A stretch of DNA of 64,000 nucleotides from an uncultured virus (IMG/VR IMGVR_UViG_3300013119_000533) (IMGVR_UViG_3300013119_000533:1-64000); one strand, 5' to 3'. Positions 1 to 9,727 are shown, numbered from the stretch's first letter. Numbers and translations are program-made. Notes: generated from the sequence alone by a model not told the origin.

Positions 1-20
1 AGATCTAAATTCAGTGCCAT
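1..20 (-). CDS. 5' end of a gene running off the left edge (MALNLD...), possibly an ssDNA-binding protein
   Basis: ATG at 20 preceded by AGGAGG SD and a sigma70-type promoter at 103-131. Only 6 codons are visible; the SSB guess rests on recalled similar N-termini in related phages. Confidence 0.35.
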
Positions 21-102
21 TTTTATTACCTCCTATGGTATGTTATTTTTTTGCACACTTTCGGCTATAGCGGGTCAGCAAATCTTCTGACCAACTTTCT
101 AT

Positions 103-131
103 ACTATACTAAACGTTTTTTTGTTTGTCAA
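103..131 (-). promoter_or_regulatory. sigma70-type promoter TTGACA-17-TATAGT
   Basis: Minus strand TTGACA (131-126), 17-nt spacer, TATAGT (108-103); near-copy at 1403-1431. Confidence 0.8.
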
Positions 132-132
132 C

Positions 133-1371
133 TTAATTGTCTAATTCTTTAAAGTTTTTTCTTACGTGATCGATGTCGTAAAGTTGCCCAACAGTCTCTA
201 CTGGATAAGATTGCGATTGCCCCATATACTTGACATTCAAGGTGACGCTTGGATAGGCGTCGCCGATAAGACGATCTAGGTAATCGTGAAACTTAATTCG
301 ATGATTGTGCAAGTTTTTATCACCGCCCGAACCGGTAAGAGAAACTAGGACTCTAACTTCTTCTGGCAGTGCGCCGTTGTTCTGCTCCCGATGGTTCACA
401 ATCATGTTCCACAAGTCTCCACAGATCTGTCTTTTTGTGCCGTTTGCTTTTCCACTGTGTCTCTTGACGATAACCTTGTTAGAGTTTACGGACTCCTTCT
501 CTTCTGATTCCATCTTAATCATTTCTGCATCAGAATATGAATACGCTGCTTTTTGTTCTTGATAGCACCAACTATTAAACACATTCGTAATACACTTTGT
601 TGCATATTCCTCGGACCAACGATATCCACTATCTTTGATAACATCTGGAAGCAAAAAATCAACGATTTTAGTTCTCAACCTACCTCGCTGACTCTTCAGT
701 GATCTTCTAGTAGAATTGTCAATCCTTTGATCTTCAAGTTGGCGGTTAATCTGATTGACAGCGGCAATCTCGTCTTGCAAGACGCCAGAACCTGTTGTTA
801 GCGCAGAAGCAATGCCATTCTTAATTGCTGCCTCACTGTTTGGTTCTCCGTTGTCTGGATGAGAATTTAGTTGTCTCAAATATCTGTTCTTCTCATATCT
901 TGTTTTAAGTGACATGAAATCCCTATCCAATATTGCTGGAAAATAAGTAAGATTTGTCAGAGGAAGCATTGCGTCCCTGTTGAATCCTCCTATGCCCTCT
1001 AGAATATGGGTTACGTTGTTCAAATTATTGTATGGTATGAGATTTAGGGGGGTTCTAATTCCAAACTCTAATTTTCCACGCTCATTAAGTACACCCTGAT
1101 TCGCTTGAGCGGCAAACTGTTTGACCTTCGCATGATTGATTGTATCAGGGCGCACCTGATACTTTGACCTTTGCTTATTGTAGACCTGCTCACCTACCTT
1201 CACAGCGATTAATCCTTCAATGTGTTCTTTGTGGTTTGAATCAAACATTTCTGGTTTAAATGCATTGTTTTCGTTACAACACTGCTTGATTCTCTCAGGC
1301 GTGTTGCAGTACTCAATAATCTGCTGAAACACGTCCTTGGTTTGTGGAAAATCCACTACGTTGTGAGGCAT
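133..1371 (-). CDS. hypothetical protein, possible ParB/Srx-like N-terminal domain
   Basis: 412-aa ORF with AGGAGG SD; YQVR...GIRTPL...GGFNR resembles the ParB/Srx Q-x-R...G-x-x-R pattern. Confidence 0.45.
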   Translation of the reverse strand: MPHNVVDFPQTKDVFQQIIEYCNTPERIKQCCNENNAFKPEMFDSNHKEHIEGLIAVKVGEQVYNKQRSKYQVRPDTINHAKVKQFAAQANQGVLNERGKLEFGIRTPLNLIPYNNLNNVTHILEGIGGFNRDAMLPLTNLTYFPAILDRDFMSLKTRYEKNRYLRQLNSHPDNGEPNSEAAIKNGIASALTTGSGVLQDEIAAVNQINRQLEDQRIDNSTRRSLKSQRGRLRTKIVDFLLPDVIKDSGYRWSEEYATKCITNVFNSWCYQEQKAAYSYSDAEMIKMESEEKESVNSNKVIVKRHSGKANGTKRQICGDLWNMIVNHREQNNGALPEEVRVLVSLTGSGGDKNLHNHRIKFHDYLDRLIGDAYPSVTLNVKYMGQSQSYPVETVGQLYDIDHVRKNFKELDN

Positions 1372-1402
1372 TTGGGCCCTCCTTTTCTTTTATTGTTTTT
1401 AT

Positions 1403-1431
1403 ACTATACTAAATGTTTATTTGCTTGTCAA
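1403..1431 (-). promoter_or_regulatory. sigma70-type promoter TTGACA-17-TATAGT
   Basis: Minus strand TTGACA (1431-1426), 17-nt spacer, TATAGT (1408-1403), upstream of the 412-aa gene. Confidence 0.8.
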
Positions 1432-1971
1432 CTGTTTTTTGTAATGTTTGAAACATCTTGGTTCATACATTTCTGAACCGCCAATTAATAACTCTCTGTC
1501 GTCCTCAAACTTTCTAAAAGTGAAGTAAGCATCTCTACCACACTTAGAGCAGACTGATGGACACTTCACCACGTTCGTTGCCCAGGGCATCATCTTTGAC
1601 ACTTCCTTAAAAGGTTCTGCCTTTGAGGATAGGTCCAGACTCGATACTAACACAGAGACACCTGACTTGTAAAGACTTATTGCAACATTACTTACACCTT
1701 TTATCATAAACGCTTCGTCGATGGCAACCACTTCGGCGGGACTCTCCTTTAGATGTCGGAGAATGTCTGCTCCAGACGTAACGCAATGCGCATCGATGCG
1801 TCCACCGTTGTGAGTCACTATCTCTCCAGCAGAGTACCTGTCGTCGATCATTGGTTTAAATGCCAGGATCTTCTTTCCTTGATATTTGTATCTTTCCAGT
1901 GCTGCAATAAGTCTTGTTGTCTTTGATCCGAACATTGGACCAACAAACATGACTAGGTCAGGGTTTTTCAA
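1417..1971 (-). CDS. tdk: thymidine kinase (type II)
   Basis: P-loop GPMFGSKT, IDEA, Zn-lasso CSKC...YEPRCFKH; TTG start. Confidence 0.93.
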   Translation of the reverse strand: MKNPDLVMFVGPMFGSKTTRLIAALERYKYQGKKILAFKPMIDDRYSAGEIVTHNGGRIDAHCVTSGADILRHLKESPAEVVAIDEAFMIKGVSNVAISLYKSGVSVLVSSLDLSSKAEPFKEVSKMMPWATNVVKCPSVCSKCGRDAYFTFRKFEDDRELLIGGSEMYEPRCFKHYKKQLTSK

Positions 1972-1983
1972 CTTAATCTCTCT

Positions 1984-2820
1984 TTAAAAATCTTGTACTT
2001 TTGAAGAATATGTCTTTATATAACAAAAATCTGTCTCATACTGAGTCTCGTAGACTCCGTAACTGTACTTGCACAGTTCTTCGTTTTTGTCTTTAATTAA
2101 TTTTATAATATTTCTCTGCAGATTTTTGTCTTCTGCTAAACTTTGTTGAGAAATACCGTAATAAAGTCTGGTGTCCATTTTGTTTGTCAAGGGATACAGC
2201 AAACTTTCTTTTCCCTCTTTCATATCTAAAACTCCCAGAGTGCAAACTCTCCTAGAATCGTTTACTATCGAAAAGTTACTCACCTCTGCATCCTGGTGGT
2301 CAAACACCATAACCATGTGGAAAACAGAAGCGATCAAACTGTTGATTGCAGGGTAATACTCTTTTATACTCGCATCTTCAACCAGTGTGTCCATTTCAGA
2401 GTTGCTTGTCAAGTATATGTTTTTAAATATGCCTGACCTAGTATACTCCTGCATTATAGAGAATACCATCCTTTCATGCATCAACTGTTTTTCGTCAAGA
2501 AGGTCTAACTCTGGTCTAACGCAGACAACTGTAATTTCTTTGTCTCTAATTTGATACAAAAACTTGAGTGCAATAGACGAAACAAAACTCGAACCGCTAA
2601 GTACAAAGATTACCTTATCTTTTATCTTGTCTTTCAGTCTTTTCGGTATTGTCTTGAAAGATTCTTCGTACTCTTCTGGGGTTTCTTTCTTTTTTACAAC
2701 CAGTTTATCTTTCCACTCAACAGAGGAATCATCTACGCAAATAACATTGTACTGAGAGTATTTGTCGAACTGCATGGCAACGCGGCATCCGACACCGCCT
2801 AATCCTATTACTGTATACAT
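1984..2820 (-). CDS. divergent tubulin/FtsZ-family protein
   Basis: N-terminal VIGLGGVGCRVA (tubulin/FtsZ T1 loop), then VICVD, VIFVLSG and VVCVRP strands in FtsZ order; GGGTGSG signature degenerate (SGSSFVS). Confidence 0.65.
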   Translation of the reverse strand: MYTVIGLGGVGCRVAMQFDKYSQYNVICVDDSSVEWKDKLVVKKKETPEEYEESFKTIPKRLKDKIKDKVIFVLSGSSFVSSIALKFLYQIRDKEITVVCVRPELDLLDEKQLMHERMVFSIMQEYTRSGIFKNIYLTSNSEMDTLVEDASIKEYYPAINSLIASVFHMVMVFDHQDAEVSNFSIVNDSRRVCTLGVLDMKEGKESLLYPLTNKMDTRLYYGISQQSLAEDKNLQRNIIKLIKDKNEELCKYSYGVYETQYETDFCYIKTYSSKVQDF

Positions 2821-3938
2821 TAAACCTCTTTCATTTCCCCAAAGTTTTTACCGATACCAGAGTTGACAACGTACTTTCCAAACCTAGTGTCTGCAAATAT
2901 ACTCTTCGCCTCCAAAAACTTTTCTTTATCTTCTTTAGCAAAATCCAGTATAACAGAGTCGTGAAGCAAATAACAGATTTTTGTTCTAAATCCTTTAAAA
3001 AAATCTCTCAACTTATATGCCTGCTCGATGCAGACATCACTGCTCGTGCTTTGAACAATATAGTTTAGTGCCCTTCTTTCATCAGTTTCAATATATCGCA
3101 AAAAGGGGGTCTTTACGCCGTCTTTGTGACGATAGTTATCTTTGACCCAATCCCTGTTGTAAAGTCTCTCCAGCAGAGGATCTCGCGCTTCAGGGTTATA
3201 TAACCAGGCGAAAGTTCGCTTCTTCATCTCCTCTCGGGTGATCTCGTCAGATGTCTGTTGCATATTCCATTCATGAATGTCGTTCAATGGTTGTTCCTTG
3301 CCCGAAAGTGCAAGGAGTGTACGCAACTCTGCAGCGTTGAAGTCAAATTCGACAAAGAGGTCATTCGATGGTTCCAAAGAGGATCTGTCTTCCCTTTTCA
3401 TGGTCAGGATAGGTATACCAGACTTCTTGTTGGACAACCTGCCTGTCCTCGTTCCAAAGATACTATAATTTGTGTTCTTCAGTTCCCCATTGTAAAGGTT
3501 GCTCTTGGCATTCATCTCTTCTGTTAGGATGTGTGCCTTTTTGAGTACATCGTAGTGCGCTGGCTTTCGAATATTCTCAAATGCATGCTTTATAATGTTT
3601 CCTTTGTCCTTTAGAAAGTCAAGCAAAATATCGGAAGGTATATAATCATATATACAGTGATCCTGCAGGTTACATTTCGATGTAACGACAGATTTCATGA
3701 TTGCGGAAATTCTTCCCGAGGTACACTTCCAAGAATCAAGAATGAAAATCGGGCAGACCGATTCTATCTCCCCATCTGAGGTGTACAAATATGCATAGTC
3801 CACATCGTCCCTATCTGAGAGGTGATCTGTGTGCCTCCACGTCTTATTGAGTTCTGGTAGATTTTGGAAATCTGCCAAATCACCAGAGACGTACATTTTC
3901 AAGCACTTCTTGTTATTGTCAATTATCTGAAAATACAT
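2820..3938 (-). CDS. minimal family A DNA polymerase-like protein (polymerase domain only)
   Basis: TRTGRLS, motif A FVEFDFNAAELR, motif B REEMKKRTFAWLYN, ALNYIVQSTSSD, motif C LLHDSVILD; only 372 aa. Confidence 0.85.
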   Translation of the reverse strand: MYFQIIDNNKKCLKMYVSGDLADFQNLPELNKTWRHTDHLSDRDDVDYAYLYTSDGEIESVCPIFILDSWKCTSGRISAIMKSVVTSKCNLQDHCIYDYIPSDILLDFLKDKGNIIKHAFENIRKPAHYDVLKKAHILTEEMNAKSNLYNGELKNTNYSIFGTRTGRLSNKKSGIPILTMKREDRSSLEPSNDLFVEFDFNAAELRTLLALSGKEQPLNDIHEWNMQQTSDEITREEMKKRTFAWLYNPEARDPLLERLYNRDWVKDNYRHKDGVKTPFLRYIETDERRALNYIVQSTSSDVCIEQAYKLRDFFKGFRTKICYLLHDSVILDFAKEDKEKFLEAKSIFADTRFGKYVVNSGIGKNFGEMKEV

Positions 3939-5041
3939 TATCTATAAATATCTGTCTTTATTTCAAGGATTTTTCTCTCTACATAATCCATAGATCTTTC
4001 AAACCCTTCCTTTATGAGCAAACTATAACAGTTTTCAAGAAGTCTGTCAATCTTTGTTTTAGGAATATTTATTTTTTCTTCTAATACGAGGATTTTAACA
4101 TACAACTGAAACCACTTCTTATCCCCATATGCCGCGACAGCTGCGGAGGCAGGCGTTCTACTTGTGATAGTTGTACCCCTTAACAAGGACCCATCCTTAC
4201 ATATCTTATATGTGGCCGTCTCTCCGTGAGCCGCGGTCAAGAGATCGTACCAGGACCCAATGCTATATTTGATCTTGTCTAGGTCGAAACCGCGACAGTT
4301 ATAGTAAAAAGAACTTTGTATATCAGATTCGACACCAACGTATTGGCTGGCATATTCAAGCATTTGTCTGCTTTTGATGTTTGCGACTAGTGCCCAAGGC
4401 GCGTGGGCCATTAGGGAGAACCCATGTTGCGCTGCAAGATTAGCATATGCATCAAAAGAAGGACTGTTGATAATTTTCAACTTGGTTTCTATTCCGTCGA
4501 CTGAATGTGATGCCTTCATTAATTCTATAACCAATCCAGTACCATGAATTGGACATAATCCAGATTTAACAAACCTGGAGTAAGTCACTGGAGACTGGTG
4601 CGAATAGTCTTTAATGGCAAGCAATACAACTTCCACAAACTGATCAAGACTTTTTATGCTATCCTTTCGCGGTAAAATATACTCGGAATAAATCACACTA
4701 AATAAATTTTCTAATTGCCTATCATACAATTCTAGCGGATTTACATACCCCCTCTGTGCCACAATGATTGGTATTCCCTCTATGGGGTGAGACAACCTCT
4801 CATATTTAGCAGAAAATTCAACAAACGCATCAACAACAAAATTCAGAGCACTAATCTCAGTGCCTGGGATTTGCTCTATTGCTGAGTGGTTCAATGGGGC
4901 GATAGACTTACCATTCGAATCGATACGTCCATACATCTGATGTTTCGGAGACCTATTATCAAAAGACTCAAGACTGGGTTCGAATTGAATCTCGCGCATA
5001 TATCCTAAATTTTCTAGAAATTTTCTTTTTGAATCAGTCAT
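3938..5041 (-). CDS. hypothetical protein
   Basis: 367-aa ORF overlapping both neighbours (ATGACTGA and TAATG junctions). Confidence 0.75.
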   Translation of the reverse strand: MTDSKRKFLENLGYMREIQFEPSLESFDNRSPKHQMYGRIDSNGKSIAPLNHSAIEQIPGTEISALNFVVDAFVEFSAKYERLSHPIEGIPIIVAQRGYVNPLELYDRQLENLFSVIYSEYILPRKDSIKSLDQFVEVVLLAIKDYSHQSPVTYSRFVKSGLCPIHGTGLVIELMKASHSVDGIETKLKIINSPSFDAYANLAAQHGFSLMAHAPWALVANIKSRQMLEYASQYVGVESDIQSSFYYNCRGFDLDKIKYSIGSWYDLLTAAHGETATYKICKDGSLLRGTTITSRTPASAAVAAYGDKKWFQLYVKILVLEEKINIPKTKIDRLLENCYSLLIKEGFERSMDYVERKILEIKTDIYR

Positions 5042-8000
5042 TAATCATCGCCACCGTCTCGGCATCTGTCAAGGTGTCTCCTCTTTCTATCTTTCTCATA
5101 ATACGCGCAAGATTTCTTTCTTTTTTGGCCGTGGCTTGCCTCTCCAGAAGACGTTTCTTTTCTTCTTTGCTCTTGGGTTTGATTGCCTCGATGGCCTCAG
5201 CCCAATCTACGGTCGATTCATTATAACACTTAAAGGAAGTCGAAAACCCTGATGAATCAATCTTGTGTTCCACGTTAATAACGTTATAAAGTCCAGTTAG
5301 TCCAACCTCCTTAAAAACTGGTGAATCAGAAATATCTGCGACACCTATCAAACTCGGCTTAACAAAAAAGGATAATCCAGGGTAAAAATCTATCAACCCG
5401 AAGCTCGTTATATCGACATTGTAAAGCTGCGGTATCATAATCAGGCCATTCTCCGATCTAAATCCTTTTTCTATGTTATCATCTTGCTTTGCCTTCATGC
5501 TTTGGTTCTCCACCTGCTTGAAAGAAATTTTTCTTATTATGCTCTTATCCTTGCCCACTTCCCATTTCGTTAATCTTAGTGCATCTTGGATATTAAGTTC
5601 TGTCGAAGCTTGAGACATTGTGTAATAGTACACCGTTTCATCACCCCCGCCTTGTCCGTACCCTTCTGCATAGAGTTTGTCAACTGATGGCGCTGTGCGC
5701 AATTTTTTAATCTTTTCTGGCGTAGTCCTGAATTGACCCACTTTCATACTATATGCTGATGTGTGTTTTCCAGAATCCAGAACATAATCCCCTTGATTGT
5801 AGTACCTCTGCACTTCCCTCAATAACGATGTTATTAATTTCTGCAACGTGAACCTTCTTGCTGTTGACTGTTCGAAATCCTTCATGATCTTTTGATAAGT
5901 TTCCAGCGCAATAGGTATTTTATATAAATTATAAAAGTCACGATTGATACGAATATTTCCCAACATCACACTGACTTTATCTTTCTCCAGCACCTTGACA
6001 CTTTCGCTAACTTTCAAAAATGAAGAAATTATATCCCCCATTGTAAAAAACAGAACAGCATGCTCGCTGTCGAGTGTCGCCAATACCTGGGCGTGGCGGG
6101 CCAACTCATCATCAAGTTCTTTTTGAGCTTTCGCTACCTGCACTGATAATGGATCATCGAACCAACCGTCGTCGTTTCCTTTCTTGGCTCTCTCAAGTTT
6201 GTCTTGTAGAACCTTCACCTTTTTGGCATGGGTTTTGTTTTCTTCATCGAGGACAGCCTTTCGACCTTTTTTGGTTTTGCCATCTCCCTCGGCAATCAGA
6301 TCGACTTTAGATTTTATTTTCTTGGTGGGGTTGTCACTTTCAGTAGTCTTTTTAGTAGGAGATATCTCTATGTATGACTTATCAGTACCAGGCAGGCGAT
6401 AATTTGCGCTATCAGCGGCGGCCTGTTCTTCCATTATACTCAACCCTGGAAGTTCATTACCTTCAGAATCTTTAGTTACGAGCATTCTTTGAACCTTTAC
6501 TCGCTTTTCTTCTGGTTTTAAGAATTCCTCATCCAGCGTCTTAGAAACCTGCATCCTAAATCTACATACTCTTCTAAAGTCCACAACTTTCTGTGATCCA
6601 CCAGTTGTACGCATCTTCGGAGGGAGCATCTGGTCGTCAGCAAAATTTAACTTATAGAAGTGGGGCCTCATAACCCTATTAAAGGCAGTATCGAACAACT
6701 TCTCTCTGTATGCTTTTCCTTCTATTGCGAACCTGTACATCTTGCTATTATCTGTCAGATGATTTAGTACGGCATTTATCTTCTTTGTCTTCTTTTGTTG
6801 AAAATAATCAGTGTGGACACTTATGTGAGTGGTCACTTGGTTGTGTTCCTTTTTGGGAATCTTCTTGAAAAAGGTTCGGATCTTCTTCTTAGTATCGTCG
6901 GAAGCAGTCGGATGCACCCTATTAATATACTCGTTCACGACCCTCTGTATATTTCTGTTCAAAGTCGGTTGTGTTTCTTTGGCCATTTGAGAGATTAATC
7001 CATCATAATAACTGTGGACGTGTGAGTCACCGTCGGACATTACATCAATATCTTGAAATACCTCACTGGTTCTTGAAACATAATCACACTGAAGCATGAA
7101 AGACCCATCCTCATTGAAGTTGAATGAGTGTTTGTAATAACTCATGACAAAAGTCTTCAATTGCCTCTTCAATGACTTTACTTGCAGGGGTGTATAGTTA
7201 AGTGATTTGATTGTCTCCGAACTGGGCATGTTCCACCCCACTGTCAACATAAGGTCTTTTGGACTACCGTCTTCGGACCCTAACCCCTCTGGCTGAATAA
7301 GTGGCAAATACAATTCACGTCCTCTCTTGCTGCTAAAAACAGACAAGTTGGATCCATAAAAAGTTATAGTTGAATCAATGTCTCTCTTGGCGGTCTCTGG
7401 GGTGTCACCTGCAAGACGAATTGTTAAATCTTGAAGACCCAGAACACTCTGGAAGTTATTAAGGGCAGTAATTCCTGTCCTTTTTTGAGTTGATAATCCC
7501 CTATTTTGAATGGGGATCGGTTTCTTTGTTTTCTTTTCGCGGTTATATACGAAGAACTCCACCCTTGGTGTTAAAGCAGCGAGTTGGGCATTATTAAGAG
7601 TGACAAGTGGATTTACTAAAAACCCCTCATAGTCCTTATTTTTGACATACTCCATTTTAAAACTAAAAATATTGGTGAGTCTGTTTGTGTCCAGTCCTGA
7701 CTTTATCGAAAAAACGCGGCCTTTTGCTGCGATCGCAGAGGTGCGGGTCATGGCAGTTGTGTTCATTATGTGCGCTCCATACATGCTTAGTAGGTGCTGA
7801 TCCTTTGTTCCCTTTCTTAAGGATATATAGTTTTGTCGGATTCTATCAAAAGTGAATTCTGCGAATTGAGGTTTTATTGGGTTATCCAGTGCATGGTCTT
7901 CTGTTGCCGTTTCTTGTTCAATTTCTGCAACGACTTCTGAGTCTGTACCGTACGCGGAGAGTAGTTTACCCGTTGTGGCGGCCGTTCCTAGACTCTTTTT

Positions 8001-8447
8001 TAATTTTGCTATTTTCTCGGCATTTGCTTCTCGGGACTTTTTATCTTTTTGGTTCTTGTTATTACGCAGGACTGTGATTAGTTCTGCAATTTCCTTATCA
8101 GCGTCGCCGCCAGCACCATATTTCTTTTCCCAGCCCTGGAGTTTCTTATAATCCTTTTTAGGACCTAATTTATACAAATTCAAATCTTTGGACAATGGGT
8201 AGATTTTGCTATAATCTTCTACCGTCAACTCTTTGGCACTTGGGTAGTTGCCATCGTTGCGCGGTTTGATCACTTCATTGAGATAATCATTGATTGGTTC
8301 ATACTGCTTGGATTTAGGGCCATTCCTGTTGGAAGCTGCCATGTCGAGCATCTGCTTGGTGATACTTTGTTTAAAACTTTTGATGTTGCTCTCGGCTTCT
8401 GCCTTAATACTGTCAACGATTTTCTGTTCAGCTGATGTGTATTTCAT
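5034..8447 (-). CDS. baseplate hub-like protein (gp27/VgrG/late-control-D-like C-terminus)
   Basis: C-terminal YNVDITSFG...YPG...GLYNVINVEHKIDSSGFSTSF pattern; follows TMP, tube initiator and LysM genes. Start set at MKYTSAEQ (8447). Confidence 0.6.
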   Translation of the reverse strand: MKYTSAEQKIVDSIKAEAESNIKSFKQSITKQMLDMAASNRNGPKSKQYEPINDYLNEVIKPRNDGNYPSAKELTVEDYSKIYPLSKDLNLYKLGPKKDYKKLQGWEKKYGAGGDADKEIAELITVLRNNKNQKDKKSREANAEKIAKLKKSLGTAATTGKLLSAYGTDSEVVAEIEQETATEDHALDNPIKPQFAEFTFDRIRQNYISLRKGTKDQHLLSMYGAHIMNTTAMTRTSAIAAKGRVFSIKSGLDTNRLTNIFSFKMEYVKNKDYEGFLVNPLVTLNNAQLAALTPRVEFFVYNREKKTKKPIPIQNRGLSTQKRTGITALNNFQSVLGLQDLTIRLAGDTPETAKRDIDSTITFYGSNLSVFSSKRGRELYLPLIQPEGLGSEDGSPKDLMLTVGWNMPSSETIKSLNYTPLQVKSLKRQLKTFVMSYYKHSFNFNEDGSFMLQCDYVSRTSEVFQDIDVMSDGDSHVHSYYDGLISQMAKETQPTLNRNIQRVVNEYINRVHPTASDDTKKKIRTFFKKIPKKEHNQVTTHISVHTDYFQQKKTKKINAVLNHLTDNSKMYRFAIEGKAYREKLFDTAFNRVMRPHFYKLNFADDQMLPPKMRTTGGSQKVVDFRRVCRFRMQVSKTLDEEFLKPEEKRVKVQRMLVTKDSEGNELPGLSIMEEQAAADSANYRLPGTDKSYIEISPTKKTTESDNPTKKIKSKVDLIAEGDGKTKKGRKAVLDEENKTHAKKVKVLQDKLERAKKGNDDGWFDDPLSVQVAKAQKELDDELARHAQVLATLDSEHAVLFFTMGDIISSFLKVSESVKVLEKDKVSVMLGNIRINRDFYNLYKIPIALETYQKIMKDFEQSTARRFTLQKLITSLLREVQRYYNQGDYVLDSGKHTSAYSMKVGQFRTTPEKIKKLRTAPSVDKLYAEGYGQGGGDETVYYYTMSQASTELNIQDALRLTKWEVGKDKSIIRKISFKQVENQSMKAKQDDNIEKGFRSENGLIMIPQLYNVDITSFGLIDFYPGLSFFVKPSLIGVADISDSPVFKEVGLTGLYNVINVEHKIDSSGFSTSFKCYNESTVDWAEAIEAIKPKSKEEKKRLLERQATAKKERNLARIMRKIERGDTLTDAETVAMIND

Positions 8448-8449
8448 CC

Positions 8450-8785
8450 CTACCCCCTCACATAATCGTATATTAATTCCCAATTGATCGGAATATAGAT
8501 GGTGTCACCAATGTCAAGGTGTGCTTCGGTTGGCGCAAGATTGAAACTTGCTATGATCCACCACAATTCTGGATCGCCATAATACCTGTCTGCAAACTTA
8601 AAGTATTTATCGCCAATTTGCCATATGGCAAGTTCATAACTTACATTCTTTCTCAAATCGTCTGGTAGGGTTATGAACTTTGGTGTTGCGAACTGTGTTA
8701 TTCTCTTTGTCCCCCTATTCTTTAACGTGTTGTGATACATCTTGTGACTATTAATAACCATGGTTCTGTTTGAATATCTACTCAT
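8450..8785 (-). CDS. LysM/gp53-like baseplate wedge protein
   Basis: GDKYFKFADRYYGDPELWWIIASFN...GDTIYIP. Confidence 0.8.
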   Translation of the reverse strand: MSRYSNRTMVINSHKMYHNTLKNRGTKRITQFATPKFITLPDDLRKNVSYELAIWQIGDKYFKFADRYYGDPELWWIIASFNLAPTEAHLDIGDTIYIPINWELIYDYVRG

Positions 8786-9726
8786 TTCTTATCTGCCTTT
8801 GGCGCGTTGGCCTTATCTATTTTATCATTGACTGCAGATTTATTTACTTGTGTTTGTTTATTTTGTTTATTGTTTCGTTTCGAATTCTTTGCGGAGGTCG
8901 ACACGGAAACTTGATTGCCAGTGCCGCCTCTGGTCCTTTTCAGTGGTGAATTATTCACTGCTGCGGATCCTCGCTTGACATCATGGAGAACGCCGCCTTG
9001 CGACTCATACCCATAGGGATATCCCGTTGCGTGGCCACCTAACCACTTCTTTGCACCACTCCACCCGAGAGAGTGTTCATGAACAACAACAAAAGACATA
9101 TTAACCTCAAACACTTTAGGGACAAAAGTATGACTCTTGTTTGTGGTTTGCCTTTCGTGTGCGTCGTTTGTCCTATTATAAGACTTTACATCATTTGCGC
9201 TCATTGCTGGTGACATGTGATGAAACCCAGCTTCTAGATTGGGGGTGAAATCAACATTCTCCATCCATCCAGAAAGTCCACCCTTTAACACGCTTACTGC
9301 GTTTTGTTCTTGTCTTGCATCCTTGACAAAGTTTGCAAACTTCATTTTAAGTAACGGATAAGCGTTCATTACATTATGTCCGCCATTAGAACTGTAGGAT
9401 GGATACAAAAACCCTATCAAATGCTCCAATTGGTGCATGTTGGCGTATCCCTCTTCGGGTGTAAAGGATGGAATACTCAACGATAATGAGATTCTCCTTG
9501 TAGTGTTATTCCAAGATCCAATTGGATCAGCGCGGCCGAAGACATTCTGCGTGTTCCACTGACTTGTAAAGTTCTCATTAAAACTGGTTAACCAAGCTGG
9601 AAACACACACGCCTTACCAGTTGCGATGTGCATAATTTCTATACTAAACCCAGCTTCTTCAAATCTCGACAATATCGGATCTGTGTGTTTTGCATCGACT
9701 GACCAGAATCCATCACCACCTGCCAT
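8782..9726 (-). CDS. tail tube initiator-like baseplate protein (gp48/gp54/P2 gpU-like)
   Basis: FPAWLTSFNENFTSQW...FGRADPI...TTRRISLSL motif; directly downstream of the TMP genes. Confidence 0.65.
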   Translation of the reverse strand: MAGGDGFWSVDAKHTDPILSRFEEAGFSIEIMHIATGKACVFPAWLTSFNENFTSQWNTQNVFGRADPIGSWNNTTRRISLSLSIPSFTPEEGYANMHQLEHLIGFLYPSYSSNGGHNVMNAYPLLKMKFANFVKDARQEQNAVSVLKGGLSGWMENVDFTPNLEAGFHHMSPAMSANDVKSYNRTNDAHERQTTNKSHTFVPKVFEVNMSFVVVHEHSLGWSGAKKWLGGHATGYPYGYESQGGVLHDVKRGSAAVNNSPLKRTRGGTGNQVSVSTSAKNSKRNNKQNKQTQVNKSAVNDKIDKANAPKADKK

Positions 9727-9727
9727 A

